A DNA stretch of 64,000 bases from Octopus sinensis (taxonomy: Eukaryota). Numbering within the stretch: position 1 is the first letter of the stretch; every line of letters begins with the position of its first letter. A model generated the notes under the pieces. That model searched no databases. It had not been told where the DNA came from and was given only the letters and a program-made list of their open reading frames with translations. Shown piece after piece: positions 27,778 to 39,799 of this stretch. Location of the stretch: assembly GCF_006345805.1 (NCBI RefSeq), contig NC_043003.1, forward strand, positions 19,282,001 to 19,346,000, given 5' to 3'. Position numbers and translations under genes: made by a program.

Positions 27778-29016
27778 TATGCATACCTAATTTTGTGTAT
27801 GTGTGTATCTATGTGTATACCAAGCATATTTTGGTATTGTTTATGTACATCTTTGTACTTCAGCGTATATTCGAGTGACTGCATGTGTCTATAAACAAAT
27901 TTTTATATTTTAGTTTAGTTTTCATGCAACTGAAATCATATATTTCCTGTGTTTCATTTCAGTTCAATTAGCATTTGTTTAACTTTTACTTACAAATTAA
28001 TTTACACAAATAACGAAGTGGAGTAGAAAAAAAACCGAAAACGAAAGAAAATCAGTAAATAAATAAGAATCGGGGCTTGCACACTCAATTATAAATCGTA
28101 CTAGGGGGAAACTCTTGTTCCCCTCCTTTTCTGTTATGAGCATAAAGCCTTTTTCTTTCCTTTTTCTTTTTTCTCTTTGAAGGAGAGGCTGTTGATGCCA
28201 CCGATCTCAGTATTCGTCGAGTACTTTATTGGATCGACCTCAGCGTGATTTGATCTCAGCCGGAAAACATTCTGCAAGGCATTTTCCCGATGCTCTAACG
28301 AGTTTGTCAATCTACCACCTTTCATAGAATTTGGCGGAATTTTAGAATAGCTGTTCCTCGAAATTCCATACTCTCAATCAGAAGTGCATGGTGATCCATA
28401 TAAAACTTTAGAGGGGTCCGCGCAACCAAACTATTAAATGAGGGATCCACAGTAGTGTTTTAAGGGCCCATGAAGAAATTTTACTTTAGGTGTATTTAGG
28501 CACAGCTAGATCTCTTTCTAGGTTTCGTTTTCCAATGTTCAGCCACTGAAATAAGTTATTTCAGTGAATGCTGTTGGTAACTTACACAGAATATGTGAAA
28601 TACAAAATAGAAATTTTGAAAGAAGTATCAGTAAAACTAGTTCTTAAATATCCAGTGGCTATGGGGGTCCATTAGGGTAAAATAATAGGTAAAAGCTAGT
28701 TAAGAACCACTGCTTATGGGAAAGGAAAAGTGTTGTGCCCTCCCCTCCTGCTTCATATTTTTCTTCTTTTTCTTAGTTTTCTTGTAAAACAAGAAATTAC
28801 GATTCTGAATTTAAACAAATTTTTCCAAAAATTTCAGTTTGTTTTTACAATTCATGCTTCTTATTTCTGCAACCTTTTCCTTTTCTATAAGGTATAGGAC
28901 TTTGAAGAGCTAATCCATAACATTAAAAAAAAAAATTTTCTTTGATTATTCAATGGCTGGTAAATTTAATTTGTCGCCCAGTATAACCCTCCCCTGCCGT
29001 CTTTTGGCTGCTTTAA

Positions 29017-29335
29017 CACATAAAGCTCGACGGGCCACGATCGTGGCCATCAAGCACAGGTCAACAGGCCATGACCGTGGCCCAGATAGATGCATTTCAT
29101 TTATGGGCGTTTGTTGGGGTCTAATGTCACTCAAACGCTCCAATACCCCAGAATGTAAGAGGACTATTGACTTTCCAGATGATGTAAAACTTGCCACCGT
29201 TATATATACTAAGAAGATATTTTAACTATTCTTTTGTTTTTTATGTGTGCATTTATGTTTTTTATGTTGTCTCATTTTCATAAAATGTGCTCAGCAGTCC
29301 ATGCTATGTGAGTGCAAATCCCAGCGCTTTATGGG
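29017..29335. mobile_element. piggyBac-like MITE
   Basis: TTAA at 29013-16 and 29336-39 flanking inverted ends C(A/C)CATAAAGC...GCTTTATGGG; internal palindrome GGCCACGATCGTGGCC. Confidence 0.6.
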
Positions 29336-30728
29336 TTAACATTCCTTCCTTCTGCCAGTCTTGGAATCCCTAAAAAAAGAGTAATGGTCACTGTTCTTCC
29401 TCTTCTGACAAAGTCGAAAAAAAAAAAACATATCAAAATCGATTGTCAAAAAAAAAAGGGATGAGTTCTACTCGCGTGTATCAACGACAAATTATATATA
29501 AGTTGTCATAGTTTGGGGGCAATTTGAACTTTAAAAAATCGAGTTGAAAAATAAAAGTTTACGAAAAATTACAGGAAAATTACAAAAGCAAGGCATACCT
29601 ATACAAGTATGCACCCTCCCAGACTTTGTTTCCTCGTAACTTTCAGAAAAAATGGGTATTTTTTTAAAGAAAATTTCAACCATTACTTTTCAGATGGTGT
29701 ACATTATAATTATATCAAAATTTAATGTGTAAAAAGAAATTGATGAGCATATATACTGAATTGGCACTCCGTCGGTTACAACGACGAGTGTACCAGTTGA
29801 TCTCATCAACGGAACAAGCCAGCTCGTGAATTCAACGTGCAAGTGGTTGAACACTCCACAGACACGGATACTCTAAACGTAAGTTCTCAGGGAGATTCAG
29901 CGTGACGCAGAATGTGGCAAGGCTGCCCCTTTGAAATACAGGTGCTACTCATTTTTGCCAGCTGAGTGAACTGAAGCGATGTGAAATAAAGTGTCTTGCT
30001 CAAGGACACAAGAATTGAACTCACAACTTTATGATCGTGAGCCGAATACCCTAACCGCTAATCCTCGCGCCTTCACTACATACACCCATCACGTATATAT
30101 CTACAAAACGAAACTCGAAATTTCGAAAAAGATTGTGATGTGGTCTTCTTCATCTTCTTCTAATCAGGACTCACGCCATTAGCCATAAAGAATAATCTCT
30201 AATTCGAGCCTACTCTAAGCTACTAAGAATGCGTGTGACAACTTGAAGATCCACCCACCACACGCGATAGACTGACGGTTGCACGGGCGCGAAAGCTATG
30301 TTGTTATCCTCATTCCGTAAACGGTGGCTTTTAACGGGTGGAGAGCTGAACCATCCTGGGGTACAGCGGATTCGCAATCTAGACTAGGGTCTGAAAGTTT
30401 ACCACACCATAGTGGGTTACACTCTGCTTTGTGGTAGAAGTAGGAAGAAAAAGTGAGAGAAAGTTGTGGTGAAAGAGTACAGCGAGATTCACCCCACCCC
30501 CGCCGGAGCCTCGTTGAGCTTAGGTGTTTTGCTCAATAAACACTCAATAAACCCGGTCTGGGAATCGAAACCGTGTTCTTACGACCGCGAGTCCGCTACC
30601 CTAACCACTGGGCCATTGCGCCTCCACTTTGATGTGGTTGGTATGTTTGTGTGCGTGCCCACCTATTTCTCTCTCTTGTTTTTTGTTTGTTTTTTTGCAT
30701 AAAATTCAGGTTTAATTGTAATCTACAA

Positions 30729-31885
30729 CAGTGTTTCTCAAACTATCTGATGTGGCGTGCCGGCAGTTTTTTTTACCAATGTGCCAGGGACCGGTAATAT
30801 TTCTGAGTAATATTAATTTATACCGGAAACAATATATATAATAAATCTCTGAGCGAGGTATAAACAGTAACTGCTCTTTAATATAAGCGGGATCAGCCAT
30901 CTGAATGTGGCTAGGGACAGGGCGGGGTGGTGGGAGTGTTACTGATGCATTTAGCCCCAGGCGACTATAGATGTCACTAGAAGAGCCGACACCATCACGG
31001 TGTCCTTGCTGGCCTGCAAAGGGAGATCAGCCTCCCCGAAGATACGGATGCTACACACGGACCGGTTTCGAGGTAATCGCCTCTCGTCAGCGCATGGCAA
31101 GCACCGTTCTTCGTTGAGGGACTTCCTGTACAGGCCAGATATATATAGATTTTCACAGTAACCACAGGCACTGGCGTAGAAATCTGTTCGAAAACAATAA
31201 TAAATCTCTGAGCGAGGTATAAACAGTAACTGCTCTTTAATATAAGCGGGATCAGCCATCTGAATGTGGCTAGGGACAGGGCGGGGTACCCCGCCCTGTC
31301 CCCCGCCCTGTCCCTAGCCACATTCAGATGGCTGATCCCGCTTATATTAAAGAGCAGTTACTGTTTATACCTCGCTCAGAGATTTATTATTGTTTTCGAA
31401 CAGATTTCTACGCCAGTGCCTGTGGTTACTGTAAAAATCTATATATATCTGGCCTGTACAGGAAGTCCCTCAACGAAGAACGGTGCTTGCCATGCGCTGA
31501 CGAGAGGCGATTACCTCGAAACCGGTCCGTGTGTAGCATCCGTATCTTCGGGGAGGCTGATCTCCCTTTGCAGGCCAGCAAGGACACCGTGGTGGTGTCG
31601 GCTCTTCTAGTGACATCTATAGTCGCCTGGGGCTAAATGCATCAGTAACACCCCCACCACCCCGCCCTGTCCCTAGCCACATTCAGATGGCTGATCCCGC
31701 TTATATTAATATATATAATGAATATGATAAAAGTTGACAATTTTTTTTATCTTATATTTATTTTGTAAACAAATAATACAATATTGCATAAGCATTTTAT
31801 AATGTTTCTTTCTTTTCTGGAAACTCGTCCCGTACTGGCAGCTGATGGCTCGCAGACCGGCACTGGTCCGCGGACCACCACTTTG
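30729..31885. mobile_element. hAT (Charlie/Buster-like) MITE shell containing a long palindrome
   Basis: Left end CAGTGTTTCTCAAACT; right subterminal GGTCCGCGGACCACCACTTTG. The terminal bases on the right appear lost. Confidence 0.55.
30878..31709. repeat. Near-perfect ~830-bp palindrome (arms 410 and 422 bp, no spacer)
   Basis: Centre GGCGGGGT|ACCCCGCC at 31287/31288. The right arm has a 12-bp duplication CCCCGCCCTGTC. The ORF track shows mirror-image ORFs 30951-31259(-) and 31328-31636(+). Confidence 0.97.
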
Positions 31886-32626
31886 GAAGGTATTTGTAGA
31901 AAATTTCCTTTAAAAAATATCTATTTTTCTGAAAATTGCAAGGAGACAAAGCCGATATAAATTATCCAAAATTCCTCCTCTCCCGCAAAAAAATGTTTCG
32001 CAAATTCCTAAATAATCGGAATCTACATCATCTGAAAAGTATTTGTAAGCACTTTCATTTGAAAAATATACATTTTTCTGAAAGTTATGAAGAAGCAAAG
32101 TTGAGATGGACACACTTGTGCAGGTATGCCAAAAGCAAAACGTTTCCCTGTCAAACATTTCACATATTAATTGGTTTTTGTCGTAGAACTCTTATTTGCA
32201 GATTGTTTTTATAGAATATCATTGCTTTCTTATTACAGTATATCTATGTCTATCTTCAAGTATTTCTCTCTCTGTTCCTTCTTTCTCTCCCTCATCCCCT
32301 CCCCTCTTTCTCTTTCTCCCTTATTTCCTTCTCCCTCCCCCTCTCTTTCTCTCTCCCTCTGCCTGTGTATGTGATTTGTCCTAGCCCCGGGACTCAGGAG
32401 ACTTCCTCACAACATTAATACTTCGTATATGGCTTGTACAACTTCTTTAAACAGAAACTCGAAAGCATCTTGCAACGGGGACAGCCCACCTTTTTATCTA
32501 TTTATTTATTTATTACTAATGGAAGAGGGGAAAGAGTGCCTTTAGTAACTCCTTTCGAACTGATTAATACGCAAACTGCGGTTGACGTTCAATTTGAACG
32601 TCTGTAAGTTGGTATTTGTTGAATAA

Positions 32627-33413
32627 ATGTGGGATGCAGAGGCAGTTACAGAAGATTTCAGTTTTAAAAATGGAATGAAAATTGAACAGAAACGTTTTGT
32701 GCGAGAGTGTGCGGGGGTGAATCAATGTGAAAAGAGAAAAGGCGGGTGCACAGAGTGGATCAGAGAAGAGATGGTATGTAGCCTCCTTGTTTAGAAGAAT
32801 AAAAGCCGTTGCCGCAGTCAAGACAAACAAAGAGAAGAAACTGTAAGTCAGTGATTGGAGCATATCGGTAAGATTTTGCTCTCTAGGGATATTTGTGTGA
32901 GGAGCAGTATAGCAGCAGCTTCGTCTTAATACAGACGGAGTGCAGCTTTTAAGCTAGTTCCTGCGGAGGGCTAATTGGGCCTGTGACCCAAAACTAAAGA
33001 CAGCAATGATAATAAAACATTTATTGGTACCTTACCAATATGGTATTACTTTAAATTTAGTTTAAATGAAAAACTTTTAAATTCACAAACTTTTGGAGTT
33101 CTTTGAAAGTTTGAATTTTCAACTGTTAGCATGTAACAAATCCTCATCCGGACCTGATCCCAATGCTGGATGTTCAAGAACCAAATGAAGAGCAGATTTT
33201 CGACCCCGGGATCATCTTGATTCCAAGAAGGTATAATATTTCTGGAGAGCACATGTAGACTTGAGATACAGGGGTCCCGGACGAACGGACAGATAGAATT
33301 TCGCGTTTAATATTATACATTGCTCTTTAGATACGTAGAAAGAGTAAACTACTGTTTATACCGTTTTGTTTTCTAGCCCTGAAGAGAAAGACGACTTCAG
33401 GAGCATTTTTTAA
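32627..33413 (+). CDS. Candidate small spliced gene: exons 32627-32773, 33130-33230, 33377-33413
   Basis: GT/AG sites (ATG|gtatgt, ttag|CAT, AAG|gtataa, ttttctag|C) with compatible phases 0 and 2. The spliced product ends ...HVTNPHPDLIPMLDVQEPNEEQIFDPGIILIPRSPEEKDDFRSIF*. No homology recognised. Confidence 0.3.
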
Positions 33414-33596
33414 ATATCTATGTTATATATATATATATATATGGGAGGTTGCCATAAGAGATCATCAGATATTGTAGAGCTCCAATTAAATTTGTAACAA
33501 CGAGAGAGTTATGTCTTGTTTTTTTCTTTTGCTTTTTATTTATATGCTGGGCGTGAAAGAGGGGACAGTGTTCATAGCTTTTGTAGGTTCTCCTAA

Positions 33597-33975
33597 ACCA
33601 ATGACATTGATGTGATGCCACTGTTGTTCCTCTTGAACTCCTGTAAGTTAACATCTGTGGGAAAGATAAAAACAAAAAGAGGATTTTTGTGGGCCAACGA
33701 TCTGGGAAGAAAGGAGGGGAGGTCTGAACGTAAGTTATTTAGGGAAGGGCTGCTGTTGGTGGTTGTTGTTGTTGTTGTTAAGCAACAAGACGGGTAAGGG
33801 TAATTAGGTGATGGTCTAGGGCTTAGGGGCGGGAGATCCTAGACCTTGAAGAAAAAATGTTGGTCGTCTTGTTGTAGTCGAGGGCTCTTCGTTGACGTCC
33901 GACACCACTGGGAGGTGGTCCTCGAAGTCGCTGGAAATGGAGATCTCCAGGTCCAAATTCTTGAACGGCTGCTGC

Positions 33976-34006
<31 letters not shown>

Positions 34007-34068
34007 GTGGGGAAAACACACAATAAGAATGATGAAAGTAGTAGAAGATGAAAGGGCTGGAAATGTCT
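33597..34068 (-). CDS. Candidate terminal two exons (~34068-33846 and ~33657-33597) of an unidentified gene
   Basis: Strong acceptor tttttatctttcccacag and GC3-rich frame ...HHHHHQQQQQQQQPFKNLDLEISISSDFEDHLPVVSDVNEEP... Splicing in phase 1 gives ...FLQDVNLQEFKRNNSGITSMSLV*, with AATAAA downstream. The donor GTCTAG is weak. Confidence 0.3.
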
Positions 34069-35104
34069 AAATAGAAGTTAGACTGAAAAAGAAGGTAAAT
34101 GATATCTATCATTACCGAAATATTGCCTGTAAATGATATATGGAACGTACCGATGCTGGTGTGTTTACGTCCCCGTAATTTAGCGATTCAGCAAAAGAAA
34201 CCGATAGAATAAGTACTAGGCTTACAAATAATAAGTCCTGGGGTCGATTTCTTCGACTAAAGGCGGTGCTCCAGCATGGCCGCAGTCAAATGACTGAATC
34301 AAGTAAAAGACTAAAAGAGTATATATTTGACCTAAACTGACATAAGAAGCCTACTCGTCGGACATCAAACGCATTCTTGGTATTATTCATTTCGAGGGTC
34401 TTAACCAGGCAGCATTTTTTTCTGTATCCCTTTCTACTGTACCAAACACTCACCCATTTCCCTTTATATCATTTACTTTGGTGATATTTTCGATGCATGA
34501 ACAGGAAATTATACTTCACTATCGTTCATTTTTTATTTATTATTATTATTTTTTAATGGGAAGCGCATGGCTTAGGGATTAGGTGTTGGACTCATGATCG
34601 TAAAATTGTGGTTTCGATTCATGAACCGGGTGATGCGTTGTGTTCTTGATCAAAACACTTCATTTCTCCCTACTCCAGTTCATTCAGCTGGTAAAAAAAA
34701 ATGAGTATTTTGTGAAATTGAACTTAGAACATAAAACTGGAAGAAGGCTGCTAAGCATTTTCCCCGTCGCTTGTCTCATTCATCAGCATTCTCTTTTACT
34801 TGTTTCAGTCATTTGACTGCGACCATGCTGGAGCACCGCCTTTAGTCGAGCAAATCGACCCCAGGACTTATTCTTTGGAAGCCTAGTACTTATTCTATCG
34901 GTCTCTTTTGCTGAACCGCCAAGTTACGGGGGCGTAAACACACCAGCATCGGTTGTCAAGCGATGTTGGAGGGACAAACACAGACACACAAACATATATA
35001 CACACACACACACACACAAATATATATATACATATATACGACGGGCTTTTTTCAGTTTCCGTCTACCAAATCCACTCACAAGGCTTTGGTCGGCCCGAGG
35101 CTAT

Positions 35105-35443
35105 GATGATGACCCCCTTCGGTCAGACACTGACCATGGGTTTGCATCTAGAGTGTTACCCTCTGAGGCACAAGTCTGGGCAAGGTTGTTTTATGGAAGA
35201 CCAGCAGTCGCCCATGCATACCGGCCTCCCCTCTCCACGCCACCAGTGTTATCCGAGGGAAAAGCAAAGGGGCCAATACAGCTTGGCACCAGTGACGTCG
35301 CAACTCATTTCTACAGCTGAGTGAACTGGAGCAACGTGAAATAAAGTGTCTTGCTCAAGAACACAACACGCAGCCCGGTCCGGGATTCGAGCTCACAACC
35401 TCACGATCGTAAGCTCAACGCTCTAACCACTGAGCCTACTATA
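35105..35443 (-). mobile_element. Full-length tRNA-derived SINE family D nested in a family-A SINE, with 12-bp TSD
   Basis: TSD GCCCGAGGCTAT at 35093-35104 and 35444-35455. Head GGCTCAGTGGTTAGAGCG / GCTCGAATCCC, CORE-like TTCTTGAGCAAGACACTT, tail GACCGAAGGGGGTCATCATC. Partial relatives at ~29930-30075, 34555-34710 and 49580-49740. Confidence 0.88.
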
Positions 35444-36787
35444 GCCCGAGGCTATAGTAGAAGACATTCGCCCAAGATGCCACGCAGTGGGACTAAACCC
35501 GGAACCATGTGGTTGGTAATCAAGCTACTTAGCACACATCCACTCCTTCGCCTATAAGGTTAGCATTGTAAATATTTTTTTCACAAAATAGACATTCTTC
35601 AAATTCAGACTTCTAAAAAATTATAAATGGAGAAAAAAAAAAAGAAAGAAATGTACAAATCCAGGACATGCCTTCACTCCACGCCACCCACCGTCGAATT
35701 TATTTCCTCGATTTTTAGTGGACTAGTACACAATTTTTTTCGAAATTTCAAGTTTCACTTTGTATATATAAGTGACTCGTGTCAGTATATATGTGTACGA
35801 GCACATCAAAATTTTTTTCCATATCAAATTTCGATATAATCGTAGTCTACTCACTTTGAAAGGTATTTGTTTAAAATTTCATTAAAAAATACCAAATTTT
35901 CTAAAAGTTATAGGGAAACAAAGCCAATTCGAGTGAATTTTCTGAAACCCCACCTGCTGATTTTTTTTTTTTTTTTCACATTTGATATAATTCTGATATA
36001 ATCGGAATCTAAACCATCTGGAGCGTATTTGTAGAAAATTTCATTGAAACTTATCCAATTTTCTGAAGTTATGAGGAAACAAAGTCGAGAATACACTTGT
36101 GTTGTATGTCAAAATCTAGAATCAACAACTGAGGTGGCCACGTTGGAGTATTTTTAATCACAGGGTTGACCTAGGTTAAACTACAGCAACTTTGATCACA
36201 TCAACTTAACAAAGTAGGTAAGATGTTTAATGCGCCCCAGGACTCGTAAGGTGGAGTTTAATATAGAAGGAAGGTTCAACAAAGTTAATATAGATCCTAT
36301 TTGTCCCAGAGAGGTAAATTCGAACATTCGACAGGACATTTTGAAATATGCCATTAATTATTGGACAATTCAAGAATTATGTTGGCATCGGATTCATTTC
36401 AGTTCCATCGATGTATTTTATAAGGTAACATAAATTGTTTGTCATTTTGGTTTGTTGCTGAAAATAAAGTTTATTGGTTCCACAACATGTCCTTGTATTC
36501 ACTCTGGCTTGCAAGCCGATATATCTATAGTAATCACATGTTTCTGAAAACGACATCTTGTTCTTTCACTGATAAATGGAGTAGGCAGAAACAGTGTCTT
36601 TACGTTGTGCGCATATTTCAGCCTCATCCAGCATTGTAAACTTAGGAAATACACAAAATCTTTGCTCGGAAACACACTTCGTTTTGTTTGTTACTTCATC
36701 ATTTTCGTTCATTTCCCCAACCATTGCAACATAACTCTGTGGGTTCTTTTTTTCTTCTTCCTCGCTAAATGCACAAAAATATAATCC

Positions 36788-36950
36788 GGCGTAACTTCGG
36801 TATAGGTACCGGAAGGACCGGATACATTTCAAGAAAGTGTTTTATATATATATATATGGGGGGTTAGGGTTAGGGTTGGGAGAAAAGGGTTTCTGTTATC
36901 TTCAGAAATGTAAACAAAGCCACTTCCGGTACCTATACCGAAGGATCGCC
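36788..36950. mobile_element. 163-bp MITE with 9-bp TSD (Mutator-like)
   Basis: TSD ATATAATCC at 36779-87 and 36951-59. 28-bp TIRs with a perfect 21-bp core CTTCGGTATAGGTACCGGAAG. Internal GGGGTTAGGGTTAGGGTT. Confidence 0.8.
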
Positions 36951-37504
36951 ATATAATCCTCTTACTCATGCATTTGTACAGTCTCTGCATTCTCATGTTT
37001 CTGATTCAGGTTAAGTCGATTCGAATATTCAAATGTCAAACTCCAGGCGTCATTTTTGAGTTTTAAGTGTCAGTACATGTATCCCTATATCTGCGAGAGT
37101 GAGGTTCGGGGTTTGTGGGAAAATGTTCTATATTCCGGCTGACTCTTCTTATCACATCTCAGTTGACCCTATGCAGTAAATGACCTCAATATAAGCACAA
37201 TACACAACACAAATAGGAACAGATAAATTAATTGCTGTCCCATTCCAACGACTTTCTATTAAAAAATCAACACAGGAAAGCAGTCATCCATGTCTACATA
37301 AATATTGCTAATGAGTGAAAATTTTATTATTTCAAGATGTGAAAAATACAGAAATCTCTCTGTACGCTTCAAAAGCATTTGTTACTTATATGGCTGAAAT
37401 ATATGAGGCTCTCATATGATAGCAACTAAGTCCTCAACGCGTTCTTAGTTTCTGCATAAGAAAGAAGAAAATTTTCAATTTCTCTCACATTATAATTAAC
37501 TCCG

Positions 37505-37810
37505 TGGAGGGGCAATGGCCCAGTTGTTAGGGCAGCCGACTCGCGGTCGTAGGATCGCGGTTTCGATTTCCAGACCGGGCGTTGTGAGTGTTTATTCAGC
37601 GAAAACACCAAAAAGCTCCACGAGGCTCCGGCAGGGGGTGGTGGTGATCCCTTCTATACTGTTTCGCCACAACTTTCTCTCACTCTTTCTTCTGTTGGCC
37701 TGCTCGCTTAGCCAGCGGGGTGGCCTCATTTGAAGGCTAAAACAATGTGAAGCGCATTGTGACCAGCGATGTGTAACAACATCTGATAGCCTGGTCGGTC
37801 ACGTGATCAC
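37505..37810 (+). mobile_element. SINE family B, tail type 3
   Basis: Same head and body as 6022-6200, different 3' part (TGTTGGCCTGCTCGCTTAGCC...GGTCACGTGATCAC). Confidence 0.8.
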
Positions 37811-37853
37811 ACGATAATTAACTCCACTTCCCCTTTATTTATTGTTTTATATA

Positions 37854-39136
37854 CAGGGTGGGGAAGCAAAATTTACAATATTTTGAGACAGGGATTGAAA
37901 GACATTGTATGACCAATTAGTTTATTGAAAGTCATGAGAATTATTTGCCACAAGAAAATTTACATAACAGAAAATGTTTTTATTCTATGTGTCCTTCTTT
38001 CTCAATATCTGCCTTCACACGCTTCCTGAAACTTGCGCAAGTGTTCCTCAAATATTCGGGAGACAAAGTCTCCCATTCTTATTTAATAGTATCTTTAAGA
38101 GAGTCAACATTACTGTGTGATGTTCAATTGGTAGCATGTTCTAAAACGCCCCAAATAGCATAGTCCAGAGGGTTTAGATCTGGGCTAGAAGGTGGCCAAA
38201 AACATGATTCCAAAAAATTGCTAAAGTTGGATTTGCAGAAATCTTGTATTCTTCTAGCTGTGTGGGCTGGAGCACCATCCTGTGTCCATATTAATTTCCA
38301 TCTGGGTAGTTTGCTTTAAGCCATGGCAATACCTGGTATCTCAGAGTCTTGTAGTAAATATTAACATTGATCTTTTCATCAGCTTTGTAGAATTTTATAC
38401 GCACTTTCTTTCTATCGGACGCCACAACACCAAAAGCCATAACTTGAGCAGGATGTTTTGTTTTGAATGTCCCCTTAACATCAGCTGTTGATTTTGCAAT
38501 AAATCTGTCATTTCTGCGGTTCAGAACAGCATCGACACTGAAGATCTTTTCATCTGAAAAGATCGTTACAATGGAGGACTTTTTCTTGAACCATGTAATA
38601 ATTTTCTTGCACTTTTCCAATCTCTTTTCCTTCATAGCTGTTGTCAACAAGTGTTTTGGTGTTCTTGTGTAAGATGTTAACCTCAAATCATATTTTACTG
38701 CATTTCTAATGGTCTTGTTGACTACATCAAGTTCAATTACCATTTTTCTCATGGATTTGGCTGGATCCTTTAGGATTTTGGATTTGAGAGCTTTAATAAA
38801 AGCTTTGGTACATTTTTGTTGATTCCTCCACTTCCAGACCTCCTCATAATAGTTTTGCTCATAGTCATTCTATTCTTTACATTATAAAGTCTTTATGGAC
38901 ACTCCAACTATTCTTGAAATCTCCTTTGGTGTAACGAGTGCATTCAGCAAATCACACACTCTTTGGCATTTGCTTTCCTGATTACTTATCTGGGCAAAAG
39001 TTTCTGAAAAGGTAAGGATAATAGTGTTAGGTATGATTACAAAATGTATATATGCTAGGTTTCAAAACAATTGACTTAGTGGCTGCTGAGGAAAAAACAA
39101 CTTAACGTTCATTGTAAATTTTGCTTCCCCATCCTG
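37854..39136 (-). mobile_element. Full-length Tc1/mariner element, maT (DD37D) family, defective transposase
   Basis: TA-flanked 26-bp TIRs CAGG(G/A)TGGGGAAGCAAAATTTACAAT with 1 mismatch. Motifs IFSDEKIFSV, KHPAQVMAFGVVAS, QDGAPAH-(37 aa spacing)-WPPSSPDLNPLDY. Start ATG appears mutated to ATA; frameshifts and stops present. Confidence 0.93.
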
Positions 39137-39574
39137 TACAAGTTATAAAACGCCGAGCTCTCAGAATCGGTAGAGTCTTGGTAAACTTGTTTTGCGGTAT
39201 TTGATTTTGCTCATTACGTTTTTCTGAGGGCAAATGCCGCTGAGATCGACTTTTCTTTTTTTGGTCCTTTCGGGGGCTCGATAAAATTAAGTATCTGTCA
39301 AATGATAGGGTCGATGAAATTGACTAACCTTTATCTTCAAATTACTAACCTTTATCAGAAATTATTATTTTACGTATTTTGCACTGCGGGACAATCCTAT
39401 CATCAGCCATCGGCTAGTGATCACTGCGATTTCCGTACCTTCCGATAGAACTGCTCCTTCCTCTGGTTCCGAAACAACATTTAGGCTTCCAGAGAATCCC
39501 TTGGCCCACTTTATAATATGTTCCGCGATGCCTTTATCGATACCGACGTCATAAATCACATGCAGCTGTAACTA

Positions 39575-39799
39575 TTGGGTTGTCTGGAAAGTTCGTACCG
39601 ATTTTTAAAGGAAAGAAAAAGGTCAATAAATACTTGCCATTACATTTTTAATCAACCAAATATGGACCATTTTGTTGCACAATGCGTTTCCATCTTTCCT
39701 TTAACTTGAAAATACTCTCTTCCCAGAACTGAGGTGCCTGGGAGGGTAAGTTGAAAGGTAAGCTACTATAAATCGGCACGAACTTTCCGGACAACCCAA
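39575..39799 (-). mobile_element. Internally deleted mariner (MITE)
   Basis: TA-flanked TIRs TTGGGTTGTC(T/C)GGAAAGTTCGT(A/G)CCGATTT; retains the transposase C-terminus QFWEESIFKLKERWKRIVQQNGPYLVD*. Confidence 0.88.

Noticed and set aside
32774-32794. In-frame 21-nt GT...AG micro-intron that would extend the plus-strand candidate
   Set aside because: Too short for a canonical metazoan spliceosomal intron.
33823-34068. Alternative frame with a signal-peptide-like stretch and RQRR|ALD, reminiscent of a TGF-beta cleavage site
   Set aside because: No cysteine-knot follows, there is an upstream in-frame stop without a Met, and splicing to the next acceptor gives an immediate stop.
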